This document shows, one piece after another, positions 29,110 to 38,770 of a DNA stretch of 64,000 nt. The position numbers and the translations under genes are program-made. Every line of letters starts with the position of its first letter. The stretch's first letter is position 1. A model generated the notes under the pieces. That model had not been told where the DNA came from, searched no databases, and worked only from the letters and a program-made list of their open reading frames with translations. This DNA comes from a virus: positions 33,369 to 97,368 of the IMG/VR virus record IMGVR_UViG_3300025276_000026, one strand, 5' to 3'.

Positions 29110-30825
29110 CTATTCTGCTAGTCTAGAGAAGTTTTTGTACTTCTCAAATCTTAACACATTACTGAACTTATCATATAATGTATCTCCTTTATGACTAATG
29201 ATAAATGCATTTACTCCATCTGTCAAGGTGTTTAACAGCTTTAAAAATTCATCTGTACCTGTAACGTCTAGAGATGAGTCAAATACTTCATCTAAAATAA
29301 GTAGATTAGTGTTCACACTGTTCTTCATTCTTGCAACACTTCTCCATGTGAATAGTAGTGCAAGGTCGATTCTCATCTTCTCACCTTGAGAAAAGTTTTC
29401 GTATTTGAATACGTCACGGAATCTTGATTTAATTGTTTCATCGAATGATTCGTCCAATTCAAACCCAACATAGAACTCAAGTTGTGCTAGATACTTATTA
29501 ATAAGCTTGTTCATGATAGGAACGTACTGTTTAATAATCTTCTCTTTAACACCTTGGTCTCTGAGAAGCATGGTTGCAATCTCATAGTAATGTGTTTTGT
29601 CTATTAAGGATTTGTTTTTGGTGTGTAGGATATCTAATTGGTCTTCACCTTCAGTAATTCTTTCATGTACGTCTGAACCACCAGTGGTCTCTACCTTTAA
29701 GGTTTCTATCTCTTCACTAATCTTTTGAATGTACTTTTGATTAGATAGAATTTCAGTTTGATGTAACCCTACTTGTCTTTGTATTTGGTCGATGCCGTGT
29801 TGGATGTCACAGATTTCAATGATACGGTTTGAACAATTCCATAATCCTTCTTCAATCTGTTTGAGCGCAGAAGCAATCTCCGTTGCCTTCGTACTCTTTG
29901 ATTTGAGATGTTCTTTCTTATGTTCCTCATCTAACCCCTGTTTGCATGTTGGACATTCGTCGTTCTCTTCATAAAACTCAACTTCTTTCAATGCTTTATT
30001 ACGTGCATTCGTGAGTTGCTTTTCCACATCTTGTAAGTCTTTCAACTTCTTATTGATGGAATCTCTATCAGAAATTGTCAACTGAATAGTATTAATTTCT
30101 GTGGTATTACTATCTATGACTTCTAAAAGCTCACCGATATTTTTATTGGTATCAATAATGGTTTCTTGGAACTGGGTAATCTTTTGCATTCTATTCTCAG
30201 TCATCACTTTAACTTGTTCGTTTAAGCCACTGAGTCTTTCTTCTAGAATTTCAACTTGATGTTGGGTATCCTTCAAGTCAATTTGATGAGCAGCTTTCTT
30301 CTTACGAAGTAGTTGCATCATGGTTGTAAAGATGTTTATATCAAGTAAGTCTTCTACCAGTTTCCTTCTATCCTTTGCTCTCAATTGCATAAAGGGTGTG
30401 AAGTTGGCAGAACCTAGGATTGCAACCTGTGTAAATGAGCGATAAGACATCTTTAGAATGTTACGTTCTAGATGGTCTTGGTAGTCTCTTACTGTTGCAT
30501 CTTGGTTTACAAATACGTCATCGACATACAGTTCAAAGATGTTTGGTTTGATACCACGGATTATTTTGTATTCTCTTTTACCAATATAAAAGAACACCTC
30601 AACGACCATAGCTTTCTCGTTGATACTATTAATGAGTAGTTCTTTTTTTAGATTTCTAAATCCACGTCCATACAATCCGAAACATAATGCATCTAATAGT
30701 GTGGACTTACCAGCACCATTCTCTCCTAAGATAAGGGTAGTTTGATGTGAGTCTAATTGTATTTCAGTAAATTTATTACCCGATGAAAGTAAGTTCTTCC
30801 ATCGTACTTTTGTAAAATTTATCAT
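29110..30825 (-). CDS. gp46: recombination endonuclease ATPase subunit (Rad50/SbcC-like)
   Basis: GENGAGKS, CPTC zinc hook, FSQGE, LILDEVFD. Confidence 0.96.
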   Translation of the reverse strand: MINFTKVRWKNLLSSGNKFTEIQLDSHQTTLILGENGAGKSTLLDALCFGLYGRGFRNLKKELLINSINEKAMVVEVFFYIGKREYKIIRGIKPNIFELYVDDVFVNQDATVRDYQDHLERNILKMSYRSFTQVAILGSANFTPFMQLRAKDRRKLVEDLLDINIFTTMMQLLRKKKAAHQIDLKDTQHQVEILEERLSGLNEQVKVMTENRMQKITQFQETIIDTNKNIGELLEVIDSNTTEINTIQLTISDRDSINKKLKDLQDVEKQLTNARNKALKEVEFYEENDECPTCKQGLDEEHKKEHLKSKSTKATEIASALKQIEEGLWNCSNRIIEICDIQHGIDQIQRQVGLHQTEILSNQKYIQKISEEIETLKVETTGGSDVHERITEGEDQLDILHTKNKSLIDKTHYYEIATMLLRDQGVKEKIIKQYVPIMNKLINKYLAQLEFYVGFELDESFDETIKSRFRDVFKYENFSQGEKMRIDLALLFTWRSVARMKNSVNTNLLILDEVFDSSLDVTGTDEFLKLLNTLTDGVNAFIISHKGDTLYDKFSNVLRFEKYKNFSRLAE

Positions 30826-31892
30826 AGGTAAGTGTGTTCATCCAATGCTTCATTATATAAGGTCTTCATAATCTCGTCGAGCTTCTCTTTCTTACCTTGT
30901 ATTTCTAACCCATCAACATACTTGGATAATATGGTTAGGGTATCGTCGACACCTTCGATTTCATCATCGTCAAAGAAATCCATGTGTTTGTTATCATCTA
31001 CAACTGCAACATGTATCGGGTTAGATGCATGTACCTTGTCTAGGTATGAGTCAAACCAATAAGGATTGTCTTTATTAACAACAATAACCTTTACAAATTT
31101 ACCCTCAAATCTTGAGTAGTCAATATCGTTTAAGGCTTCGAACGTTTCTATCTTACCATCATCATAGTATCCCTTCTCGAACATAGTTAAAGGGTTGTGT
31201 ACTGGTGTAAGTTCTTTTGTTTCTGTATCAAAAATGTGGAAGTACTTCTTGTCATTATAATCTGACCAAGTGAATTCCATTTGTGAACCTAAGTATCTGC
31301 AGTTCTTTACTTCTGATTTGTGATGGAAGTGACCACTGTATACCTGTTCAAACCTCTTGAGGTAGGATATGTCGAGTCCGTGTTGACACGTCATGTTAGG
31401 TAATAGTAATGCACCTTCTATCTCGAAATGTCCCATACAGTGTGTAGCAGCTGCCGTCTGCATGAATTCTACCATGTCTGCATAGTTATCATTGTTAATC
31501 CATGGGACTAATGCAATTGGGAAGTCATCGTAATCCTTTACAATAGGGTCGGCGTATACGGTAATATTAGGTTGATTGTAAAGAAGTAACTCGGGTGAGT
31601 TAACATCATTTGTGTTCTTATAATATGTATCATGGTTACCTAGAATCAAGTCCATCTTGATTCCCCTTTCGTTAAGTGGGTTTACAAAGTGTTCGATGTT
31701 TGCTTTCATCGATGCAAAGTTTACATACTTACGTCTATCAAAGTAATCACCCATGTGGATAATCTGTTTGATATTATGTTCGTCTAGATATGGGAAGAAA
31801 ACTTCTTCATAAAAACGTCCTTGGTACTTGGACATCTCAACCATGTCTGAACGGACACCACAATGGGTGTCATTTAGAATAGCTATTTTCAT
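30822..31892 (-). CDS. gp47: recombination endonuclease nuclease subunit (Mre11/SbcD-like)
   Basis: DTH, GDYFD, GNHD, SGHFH. Confidence 0.96.
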   Translation of the reverse strand: MKIAILNDTHCGVRSDMVEMSKYQGRFYEEVFFPYLDEHNIKQIIHMGDYFDRRKYVNFASMKANIEHFVNPLNERGIKMDLILGNHDTYYKNTNDVNSPELLLYNQPNITVYADPIVKDYDDFPIALVPWINNDNYADMVEFMQTAAATHCMGHFEIEGALLLPNMTCQHGLDISYLKRFEQVYSGHFHHKSEVKNCRYLGSQMEFTWSDYNDKKYFHIFDTETKELTPVHNPLTMFEKGYYDDGKIETFEALNDIDYSRFEGKFVKVIVVNKDNPYWFDSYLDKVHASNPIHVAVVDDNKHMDFFDDDEIEGVDDTLTILSKYVDGLEIQGKKEKLDEIMKTLYNEALDEHTYL

Positions 31893-32455
31893 TCAGTCGG
31901 TTCTTCGAATTTTTCTAGTGACTTTTTCTCTTTTGCTTTTTTGGATTTTGATTTACGTGGTTCATACTCAACACGGTTCATATTCTCTTGCATCCATTCA
32001 ACGTTTGAGTTTGTAAGGGTGGGGTCATGTTGACCATCGATAGTAGAGAATGAATCCATAGTAAGGGATGATTCCATAATTTGTTTCTGTTTAATATAGA
32101 CCTGCTTCTTTTCCTTCTGAATCCTTCTCAAGAAAGCGTAGTAACAAATCTGAGTAACATATGCAAATGCATTACTTGATTTTTCAACGTTGAAGTTACC
32201 GATGTATTGAATACAATTTTCGATTGCATCACAAATCATTTCGTCACGGTAAGTATAGTTGATGAAATTTGGTCGAGTGGATAATCGGGTTGCAATCTTA
32301 TAGATGCACTCACCAATGTATTCAGTCATACGTGGTTTGATGTTTCCTTCGAGAAGTTCTGCCTTTACCAAATTATTATACTCTGCAACAGCAGCTGTAA
32401 ACTCTTTGTTATTGACGTAATGTTCTGCTTTCTTTGGGTCTTTTTTAGTAGTCAT
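31889..32455 (-). CDS. gp55: late sigma factor
   Basis: HYVNNKEF, RPNFINYTYRDEMICDAIENC, AFAYVTQICYYAFLRRI. Confidence 0.95.
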   Translation of the reverse strand: MTTKKDPKKAEHYVNNKEFTAAVAEYNNLVKAELLEGNIKPRMTEYIGECIYKIATRLSTRPNFINYTYRDEMICDAIENCIQYIGNFNVEKSSNAFAYVTQICYYAFLRRIQKEKKQVYIKQKQIMESSLTMDSFSTIDGQHDPTLTNSNVEWMQENMNRVEYEPRKSKSKKAKEKKSLEKFEEPTE

Positions 32456-32461
32456 GTATAC

Positions 32462-32490
32462 ATTATACCTGTTTTAACTGGTATTGTAAG
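32462..32490 (-). promoter_or_regulatory. early promoter of gp55 (probably leaderless)
   Basis: CTTACA-17nt-TATAAT, ATG 6 nt downstream. Confidence 0.6.
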
Positions 32491-32502
32491 TGGCTTTCTC
32501 AA

Positions 32503-32763
32503 TTAATTCATTTGAGTAATGTTGGGGGATACTTCGGATAGTCTTGCATTGATTTCTATGTAATGAATTTGATTCTTGGGGACTTCATCTTCTGAGAATA
32601 TAGCATCTACTGGACACTCTGCAACACATAGACCACAATCAATACATTCGTCGGGATGGATAACTAACATGTCATCTGCTTCATAGAAACAATCTACTGG
32701 ACATATCTCTACACAATCTGTGTATTTACATCCAATGCATGGTTCTGTTATAATAAAAGCCAT
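32503..32763 (-). CDS. dicluster (7Fe/8Fe) ferredoxin, FdxA-like
   Basis: [18 protein letters not shown] and [16 protein letters not shown]. Confidence 0.93.
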   Translation of the reverse strand: MAFIITEPCIGCKYTDCVEICPVDCFYEADDMLVIHPDECIDCGLCVAECPVDAIFSEDEVPKNQIHYIEINARLSEVSPNITQMN

Positions 32764-32832
32764 TTAGTTTTAAAAGCCTATAGACATATGAGAAAAGTGT
32801 GATAAAATGAATATGTCCCAAGGGGGATATAC

Positions 32833-33102
32833 TTAGCTAGTAGGTAGATTAGTTCCTAGATTGATGACTGCAAACATCATAAACATCATTCCCATTACTG
32901 TTATTTGTATTAAGGTAGGAATTACGACGAACATTACCAAGGGGTCGAATTTCATTGACATGAAGAAGTCTTCTTCTAACCAATCATTTGCTTCTTTGTC
33001 TGTCGCGTCTTTCACAGTATTATTTAGGTAAGTTAAATCACCCTGTTTTAAATCAGTCAAATCGAATACGGATTGTTTAGGTTTTCCCCATGCATCTTTC
33101 AT
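32833..33102 (-). CDS. hypothetical membrane protein
   Basis: C-terminal hydrophobic segment; ATGA coupling. Confidence 0.6.
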   Translation of the reverse strand: MKDAWGKPKQSVFDLTDLKQGDLTYLNNTVKDATDKEANDWLEEDFFMSMKFDPLVMFVVIPTLIQITVMGMMFMMFAVINLGTNLPTS

Positions 33103-33218
33103 AGAGCTTTACATACCATTTTGAATTGTTCCAACTCTCTGACTGCTCGAAGAGCTCCAGGCTCTCTATCCATTAACATCCATCCCATAAAGAATACAAT
33201 CATTAAAGTGTATTTCAT
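33099..33218 (-). CDS. 39-aa single-TM micro-protein
   Basis: MKYTLMIVFFMGWMLMDREPG...; ATGA overlaps. Confidence 0.5.
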   Translation of the reverse strand: MKYTLMIVFFMGWMLMDREPGALRAVRELEQFKMVCKAL

Positions 33219-33301
33219 TTACGGACTCTGATTGAATAGATTACTGCAATGATTAAAGCTTGCATTGACAATGCTGTCAATAGAAATTGGATATCAGACA
33301 C
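33215..33301 (-). CDS. 28-aa single-TM micro-protein (GTG start)
   Basis: VSDIQFLLTALSMQALIIAVIYSIRVRK; overlaps both neighbours. Confidence 0.4.
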   Translation of the reverse strand: MSDIQFLLTALSMQALIIAVIYSIRVRK

Positions 33302-33395
33302 TTGGCATAATCCCCAAAATTGAGATGATAAAGATTAGGCAGAGACATAAAGTCTCTACCGTATCTCGTAAAACATTTAGTTTATTTCTTATCAT
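33294..33395 (-). CDS. 33-aa single-TM micro-protein
   Basis: MIRNKLNVLRDTVETLCLCLIFIISILGIMPSV; TAATG coupling. Confidence 0.5.
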   Translation of the reverse strand: MIRNKLNVLRDTVETLCLCLIFIISILGIMPSV

Positions 33396-33550
33396 TATGC
33401 TACTGTAGCGACGATAATCAATACTGGTAATGCGAAAGGAAGAGTCAACAGCACTAGAAATTCGATAGTGTCACAAACTTTACATTCAAAGATTGAAACT
33501 TCTCTAGCTTTTCGTACCATGCTCTTCGCAATGTAAGTTGCTGTGGACAT
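33395..33550 (-). CDS. 51-aa single-TM micro-protein
   Basis: Start set at MSTATY after AGGA; C-terminal hydrophobic helix. Confidence 0.55.
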   Translation of the reverse strand: MSTATYIAKSMVRKAREVSIFECKVCDTIEFLVLLTLPFALPVLIIVATVA

Positions 33551-33634
33551 GGTTTTCCTATAGGTTATTATAAAAGTCATGTATAATATGATATAAACCA
33601 AAATTATACGGTACTATGTATACAAATTAAAATC

Positions 33635-34090
33635 CTAATGAATAATTCTGTCGTCGTCGATATCATAATCAAAATCCTCTAAGAGGTCATCATCATTTTC
33701 AATCAAAGATTCCATTACTTTATTCATGTATTTTCTTTGTACGTCTTCAATACCAATTTTCTTATTAGTAAGAGGGATGGTTCCCTGTTCTACCATTTCT
33801 AACCAACGACTAGAAGCTTCATCATAGAAAGGTATGAACTGTTGGTTCATATCACTCCTATGTAATACTTCTGTTGCTGGTATTAAAACAATAGAGTCTT
33901 CACTCAAAGGTGCATACGGATAAAACGTAGCAAGAGTCTGAGTTAAGTTTTGAACTGTGAGTTGGCATATCATAGGTAAGGTTATTTCCAATCCAACATG
34001 GGTATCTCTAACCATGCCTACAAGTTCACTACCAGTCTTTAGTTTAATAACTTCGTACTTTTGTGGTGTTAAATCTGAGGGTCTTGTCAT
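33635..34090 (-). CDS. conserved hypothetical protein downstream of uvsW (Sm-like fold candidate)
   Basis: VIKLKTGSELVG; ATGA coupling to uvsW. Confidence 0.7.
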   Translation of the reverse strand: MTRPSDLTPQKYEVIKLKTGSELVGMVRDTHVGLEITLPMICQLTVQNLTQTLATFYPYAPLSEDSIVLIPATEVLHRSDMNQQFIPFYDEASSRWLEMVEQGTIPLTNKKIGIEDVQRKYMNKVMESLIENDDDLLEDFDYDIDDDRIIH

Positions 34091-35487
34091 TTTAAGTCAA
34101 ACTGCCTTATCTCGTATGTAAAGTTCTCTTCGTTGTATATATTTATACGTTCTCTAAGGTGGTTCAGCGTATGATTCTCACATTGTAAGTCGTCTGATAT
34201 ATCAAACAACCTCATGGAATCTTTACCGTCGGCCTTACGAAGTCCTCTACCTATCGATTGAAGGTTTCTAATTCGACTCTTTGATGGGGATGCAAAAACA
34301 ATGTTGTCTATCTTCTTAATGTTCACACCAGTTGAGAAGGTTCCGTATGATGCTAGTATGACATTGTCATTTGCTTTCTCTACTAACCCTCTGACTGCTT
34401 CCCTGTCTATTACATCCGTACCACCATATACATAGTGCAACTTATCTCCCAAACGAGGGAACATCTTTTTCTGTAGAACTGCACCGTGCTTCTCTACAAA
34501 CTGGAATAAGACTAGGGTGTTACCTTTTAAACTGTATACAAGATTACATAAGAAGTCGTTACGAAGTTCACTTGAAACTAGGTAATCCATCTCATCTTGG
34601 TAGGACATTTTCTTCTGTTTAGTATGACGTAGTATGACACAATCTATAGAAAGATTTGCAATCGTACCCTCGTCCATTAATTCTTTTGTTGTGATAACCT
34701 TTTTAACTGGGCCGAAGAGACCTTCTAGTTGTAGTCTGTGTACCTCTGTTCCGTCTAGTGTACCAGTGCAACCAATTCTTATAGAAGTCTTCTTCATCTT
34801 CTCTAGGATACCTTTCAGTACATTTGCTTTGAATAGATGGGCTTCATCTCCGACAACCATCTCAAAAGATTCTAAAACTTCCTTCGGTGCTTTAGCAAAC
34901 GATTGCCATGTAGTAACTGTGATGGGTGCATCAAACACTGGTTGTTTAGAATAGATTTTACAGATAGGTTCTTTGTATCCATAGTCTTGGAAATCTTTAG
35001 TCATCTGTTCTACCAGTGAGGTAGTAGGAACGATAACAACGGTTTTACAATCGTAGTATCTTGCTAGCATATAAATGATAAGAGACTTACCACTTGCAGT
35101 AGGTGACAATAGTAACTGTCTTCCATACTTAACTGCAGACTCGAATGCTTCTATCTGATAATCTCTAGGTTTGAATGGTAGATTCAAATCCTCAATGTGC
35201 CAGTCTTTTAGTTTGTGTTTGTAACCGATGACATCTTGGATACCTTCAAACTCATACCCACGTTCTCTACAGAACTCATCCACGTATGGAAGTAATCCTA
35301 TGTAGACCTTGTGTGTTTTGATTGAGAAAAGATATACCTTACCATCCCACCATTTGTTTTTATAACTTGGCATGAATTTTGCGTTAGGTACGGTGAAGGA
35401 AAAATAATCGTGAAGGTCTTTAGCCAAACCATCATCACAATCTACCTTCATGAAACATTCATCCACTTTAGAGACGGTGACTTTCAT
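34087..35487 (-). CDS. uvsW: SF2 DNA helicase UvsW
   Basis: SPTASGKS, DEAH, TGT, QSIGRGLR. Confidence 0.96.
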   Translation of the reverse strand: MKVTVSKVDECFMKVDCDDGLAKDLHDYFSFTVPNAKFMPSYKNKWWDGKVYLFSIKTHKVYIGLLPYVDEFCRERGYEFEGIQDVIGYKHKLKDWHIEDLNLPFKPRDYQIEAFESAVKYGRQLLLSPTASGKSLIIYMLARYYDCKTVVIVPTTSLVEQMTKDFQDYGYKEPICKIYSKQPVFDAPITVTTWQSFAKAPKEVLESFEMVVGDEAHLFKANVLKGILEKMKKTSIRIGCTGTLDGTEVHRLQLEGLFGPVKKVITTKELMDEGTIANLSIDCVILRHTKQKKMSYQDEMDYLVSSELRNDFLCNLVYSLKGNTLVLFQFVEKHGAVLQKKMFPRLGDKLHYVYGGTDVIDREAVRGLVEKANDNVILASYGTFSTGVNIKKIDNIVFASPSKSRIRNLQSIGRGLRKADGKDSMRLFDISDDLQCENHTLNHLRERINIYNEENFTYEIRQFDLK

Positions 35488-36201
35488 TTATCTGTATGGT
35501 TGTCCTATGTACCAGCCGACTAGACTAGTTCTAGTTCCTTGGGTAACTGGAGTAACTTGGTGATGTACAAATGAGGGGAACATTATTAATGAACCTTTTT
35601 GCTTTGCAGAATTAGGAATCTGCCTCATGTAATCTCTCATGTCTCTTGTATAATCTGTTGAGGTTAACGTATCTTTTGCACGGATGTCTTCCATCCATTG
35701 GAAGTTACCACCCTCGTATTCTAAAGGGTCTGTTAACTGTATGGAGAAACTAATCTTTCTAAACATACCACTGTTTGCATATGGTTTGTCACTGGCATCT
35801 GTGTGCCATGTATAGAAACCACCACGACTTCCTTGTTGTGCATTATATGTTGTATGTTGTAATGGTTCTAATCTGTCTAAGTCGAAGTTCCAACCACTCT
35901 GTTTCATTCCCATGTGGACTGCATTTTCTACCTTCTCCCAAACCTCACCCATGAGAACTTTTGCATCACCAGTCATCCATCTTATGTCGGATGCTCTGAT
36001 ATTGTTTACAACTTCACCACCTTCTCCACCACCAGCTCTTTCTGCACCTCGGGATTCATCGTCGGGGTCTAAGTCTAGTCTACCACCTTGGCCAACTGCA
36101 CCTGCCTCTAACGGAAACTCCATTGCCTTTCCGTTGATTAATTCAACTTCAGCTGAGGATAGTAGTTCGGGGTATGTAAAAATATGGGTATTCAGATTCA
36201 T
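35488..36201 (-). CDS. 2OG-Fe(II) oxygenase (PKHD-type)
   Basis: YTWHTD, RKISFSIQL, YEGG, FPSFVHHQVTPVTQGTRTSLVGW; start by TAATG coupling to uvsY. Confidence 0.9.
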   Translation of the reverse strand: MNLNTHIFTYPELLSSAEVELINGKAMEFPLEAGAVGQGGRLDLDPDDESRGAERAGGGEGGEVVNNIRASDIRWMTGDAKVLMGEVWEKVENAVHMGMKQSGWNFDLDRLEPLQHTTYNAQQGSRGGFYTWHTDASDKPYANSGMFRKISFSIQLTDPLEYEGGNFQWMEDIRAKDTLTSTDYTRDMRDYMRQIPNSAKQKGSLIMFPSFVHHQVTPVTQGTRTSLVGWYIGQPYR

Positions 36202-36644
36202 TATTGTCCAGCCATAAACTTTCTCCAATCGATTGTGTTCTTAATCGTTTGGTGTCTCCATGTTATATTCTGCATACATTCCTTAAGGAAGTCTACAGTC
36301 ACTTTAAGGTACTCAATCTTTGCATTGAGTTCTTGTAAATCTTTATCTGCATTAAAAAATATCTGCATGTCATTCTTCATGATTTTTAAACCATTGAATG
36401 GGTCGGGTTCCCAACCAAGTTCTCGGATTGTATCGTCATCCATTTTTCCGTTGAACCACAACCACTTATCTTTAAGTAGAGTGTTGTATTTTGTTTGGTA
36501 GTTTTTAAGGACGAGAATCTTACTTGTTAGTAAGTCTTGATATTTTGCATGGAGTTTAGGTACTTCTAACGAAGCAGTATCCAATTCGATATCATCTATT
36601 TCACAGTCATTAACCCATTGGGCTTTCAATTCATCTAAGTTCAT
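36201..36644 (-). CDS. uvsY: recombination mediator UvsY
   Basis: D..ID..LD..SL..PKLHAKY, IKNTIDWRKF. Confidence 0.9.
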   Translation of the reverse strand: MNLDELKAQWVNDCEIDDIELDTASLEVPKLHAKYQDLLTSKILVLKNYQTKYNTLLKDKWLWFNGKMDDDTIRELGWEPDPFNGLKIMKNDMQIFFNADKDLQELNAKIEYLKVTVDFLKECMQNITWRHQTIKNTIDWRKFMAGQ

Positions 36645-36673
36645 AATATATATTATACCACAAAAAGGGTCTT

Positions 36674-37210
36674 TTAACTAGTGGTTTCTATGTCGTAGTA
36701 AGTAAATTTAAACTCTACGGTGGCAACCACTGCCTCTCCGTCTGCACCCGATTCAAACTCTAGACCACTCAAACTGATTGGAAAACAGTCGTGGAATCTA
36801 AAGAACTTATTAGGTATGTTTTTGTTAGTTGTTGTAATCAAAGTGATGTCCGACATCTCATTGTCTGTTGCACCGAGAGATGCCATCTGTCCAGTAGCAG
36901 TTTGTTTACTACCAACATAATCTGCATAATCTTTAGGGTCTTTGATTGGTACAATTGCATTCATCCAATCGTAGATTTCTTTAAAGTTTTGAATATCTTC
37001 ATCGACTAAAAAGTCAACTGATAAATTTTCGAACGTAACCTTGTCGCCTGGAAAATATGCATCCAATCCGACTCCAGCACCCTGTGCAATTTCAGAAAAC
37101 TGCAGGCCTGGAATATTACACTTCTTAATGTAGTATTCAGTAGTAGGTACCTTGTCAATAAGAAGTCTAAAATTATTCTTATTGAGAATGGATTTATTGA
37201 TATCAACCAT
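36674..37210 (-). CDS. gp3: tail tube terminator / tail completion protein
   Basis: CNIPG, PGDKVTFENL, FLVDED, FHDCFPISLSG. Confidence 0.85.
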   Translation of the reverse strand: MVDINKSILNKNNFRLLIDKVPTTEYYIKKCNIPGLQFSEIAQGAGVGLDAYFPGDKVTFENLSVDFLVDEDIQNFKEIYDWMNAIVPIKDPKDYADYVGSKQTATGQMASLGATDNEMSDITLITTTNKNIPNKFFRFHDCFPISLSGLEFESGADGEAVVATVEFKFTYYDIETTS

Positions 37211-37421
37211 TTATTTTTGTTATCCGTTTGTTACGTACAGAGTCTTGGTAGTCTCCGTCTCTGTAATCTCGTGTCGTTGTTGATTCACAAAGATATCCAT
37301 CTTGGATATAAGTTGTAATCGTTTTTCTAGAGATGACATTGGTTGTCTCTTCACCATTTGGGAATGTAACATCTACCCATGGGCCCTCTAGAACCTTCAC
37401 TTGTTTTTCAAATTCTTTCAT
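37203..37421 (-). CDS. hypothetical protein
   Basis: 72 aa; GGAG RBS; late TAAATA upstream. Confidence 0.6.
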   Translation of the reverse strand: MKEFEKQVKVLEGPWVDVTFPNGEETTNVISRKTITTYIQDGYLCESTTTRDYRDGDYQDSVRNKRITKING

Positions 37422-37438
37422 AATTTCTCCGTATACCT

Positions 37439-38233
37439 TTATTTAGGTGTTTCGATATGCCAGAACCTACGAAAGTGTACATAGTTTGGTGGTATAGATG
37501 CATATTTAACTGGAGTCTTTGGGTCTTTTGGTACAACTTCTTCTTGTGTCCAGTTATAAACGTCTCTTCTGTAACACTCATGTTCTATAACAACACCAAA
37601 ATCAGTATTCATATCTTCGTCATCGTGTCTTGTATAAGTCTTACCTAATTGTTCTAGGTATTCTTCCACATGGTAGTCATTGAATGCAGCTTCCCAGTGT
37701 TCATATCCATTGAAGACTCTTTTTTGTTTTATAACATCCCCACATCTAAGGGTATTGTTGTCTGCATGGAACACTTGTGAGAGATGTACCTCTGTCTTAC
37801 TTGGGTGTACTGCAGTCTCTAAAAACATTTCGTCTGCATGATTGAATGCCCTTCTTAAATCATCGTAAGGACTTTCAACATGATAGAGTGTACCAAAGTG
37901 AATAATTAAATCCCACTTTCTGTCATAACTCCACTCATCGTTATGGTTGATACATAACTTCTCTGAGTCTGTATCAATTACATCTAATAGTTCTTGTCTT
38001 GCATCTGCATAAGTAACTGTTGCACCTAGTTTCTCAAAGTGTTTACTAACCAATCCATGTGCAGTTCCTAGTTCTAGGATAGTCTTCCCATCAAACCAGT
38101 CTTCTCCCTTACAATCGATAACCTTTTGGGCTCTCTTTTCTGTTGGAAGGAACATTGTATGGTCTTCACCCTGTGCATCTGTAAATCTGTAGAACCCTTC
38201 GAGTCCGTCTGAGTATTTAATCATCTTTATCAT
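37439..38233 (-). CDS. class I SAM-dependent methyltransferase
   Basis: ILELGTAHG, WDLIIHFGTLYH; start set 5 nt after a late TAAATA. Confidence 0.8.
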   Translation of the reverse strand: MIKMIKYSDGLEGFYRFTDAQGEDHTMFLPTEKRAQKVIDCKGEDWFDGKTILELGTAHGLVSKHFEKLGATVTYADARQELLDVIDTDSEKLCINHNDEWSYDRKWDLIIHFGTLYHVESPYDDLRRAFNHADEMFLETAVHPSKTEVHLSQVFHADNNTLRCGDVIKQKRVFNGYEHWEAAFNDYHVEEYLEQLGKTYTRHDDEDMNTDFGVVIEHECYRRDVYNWTQEEVVPKDPKTPVKYASIPPNYVHFRRFWHIETPK

Positions 38234-38259
38234 ACAGGTATTTATCGCTTTCAAATGCC

Positions 38260-38289
38260 TTGACAACGACACCAGCTTTTTGTTATACT
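38260..38289 (+). promoter_or_regulatory. early promoter of the plus-strand phosphatase gene
   Basis: TTGACA-18nt-TATACT. Confidence 0.75.
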
Positions 38290-38298
38290 ATGTATATA

Positions 38299-38745
38299 AT
38301 GAAAAAACAAACTATAATTTTTGACGTTGATGGAACTATTGCTGATGTAGAGCATAGGAGACATCACGTAACACAACAACCTACTGACTGGAAATCGTTT
38401 AAAGAACAAACTGTTTTTGATACTCCTGTACAATGGGTGTGTGATATTGCAAAGAGACACATTGAAGAGGGACACGATGTTGTATTCTTCAGTGCAAGAA
38501 ACGAATCACAAAGAAGTCTTACTGAAGCTCAGATTGATGAGTGGATTGGTAAGGGTCATCAAGGATTGTTCCTTAGACCCGAAGGTGACTTCAGACCCGA
38601 CGAGATATTCAAATCAGAACTTGCAGATAAGTTCGAAGAGTTTGGTGGTAAGATTGACCTTGTATACGATGACAGGAATAAAGTTGTTGCAATGTGGAAG
38701 GCAAGAGGTATCACTACTGTTCAAGTTGCCGAGGGTGATTTCTGA
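38299..38745 (+). CDS. HAD-family phosphatase similar to the polynucleotide kinase (PseT) 3'-phosphatase domain
   Basis: IFDVDGTIAD, FSAR, RPD...K, YDDR, QVAEGDF. Confidence 0.88.
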   Translation: MKKQTIIFDVDGTIADVEHRRHHVTQQPTDWKSFKEQTVFDTPVQWVCDIAKRHIEEGHDVVFFSARNESQRSLTEAQIDEWIGKGHQGLFLRPEGDFRPDEIFKSELADKFEEFGGKIDLVYDDRNKVVAMWKARGITTVQVAEGDF

Positions 38746-38770
38746 TACTGCAACGTGTTTCTGCAAGACC

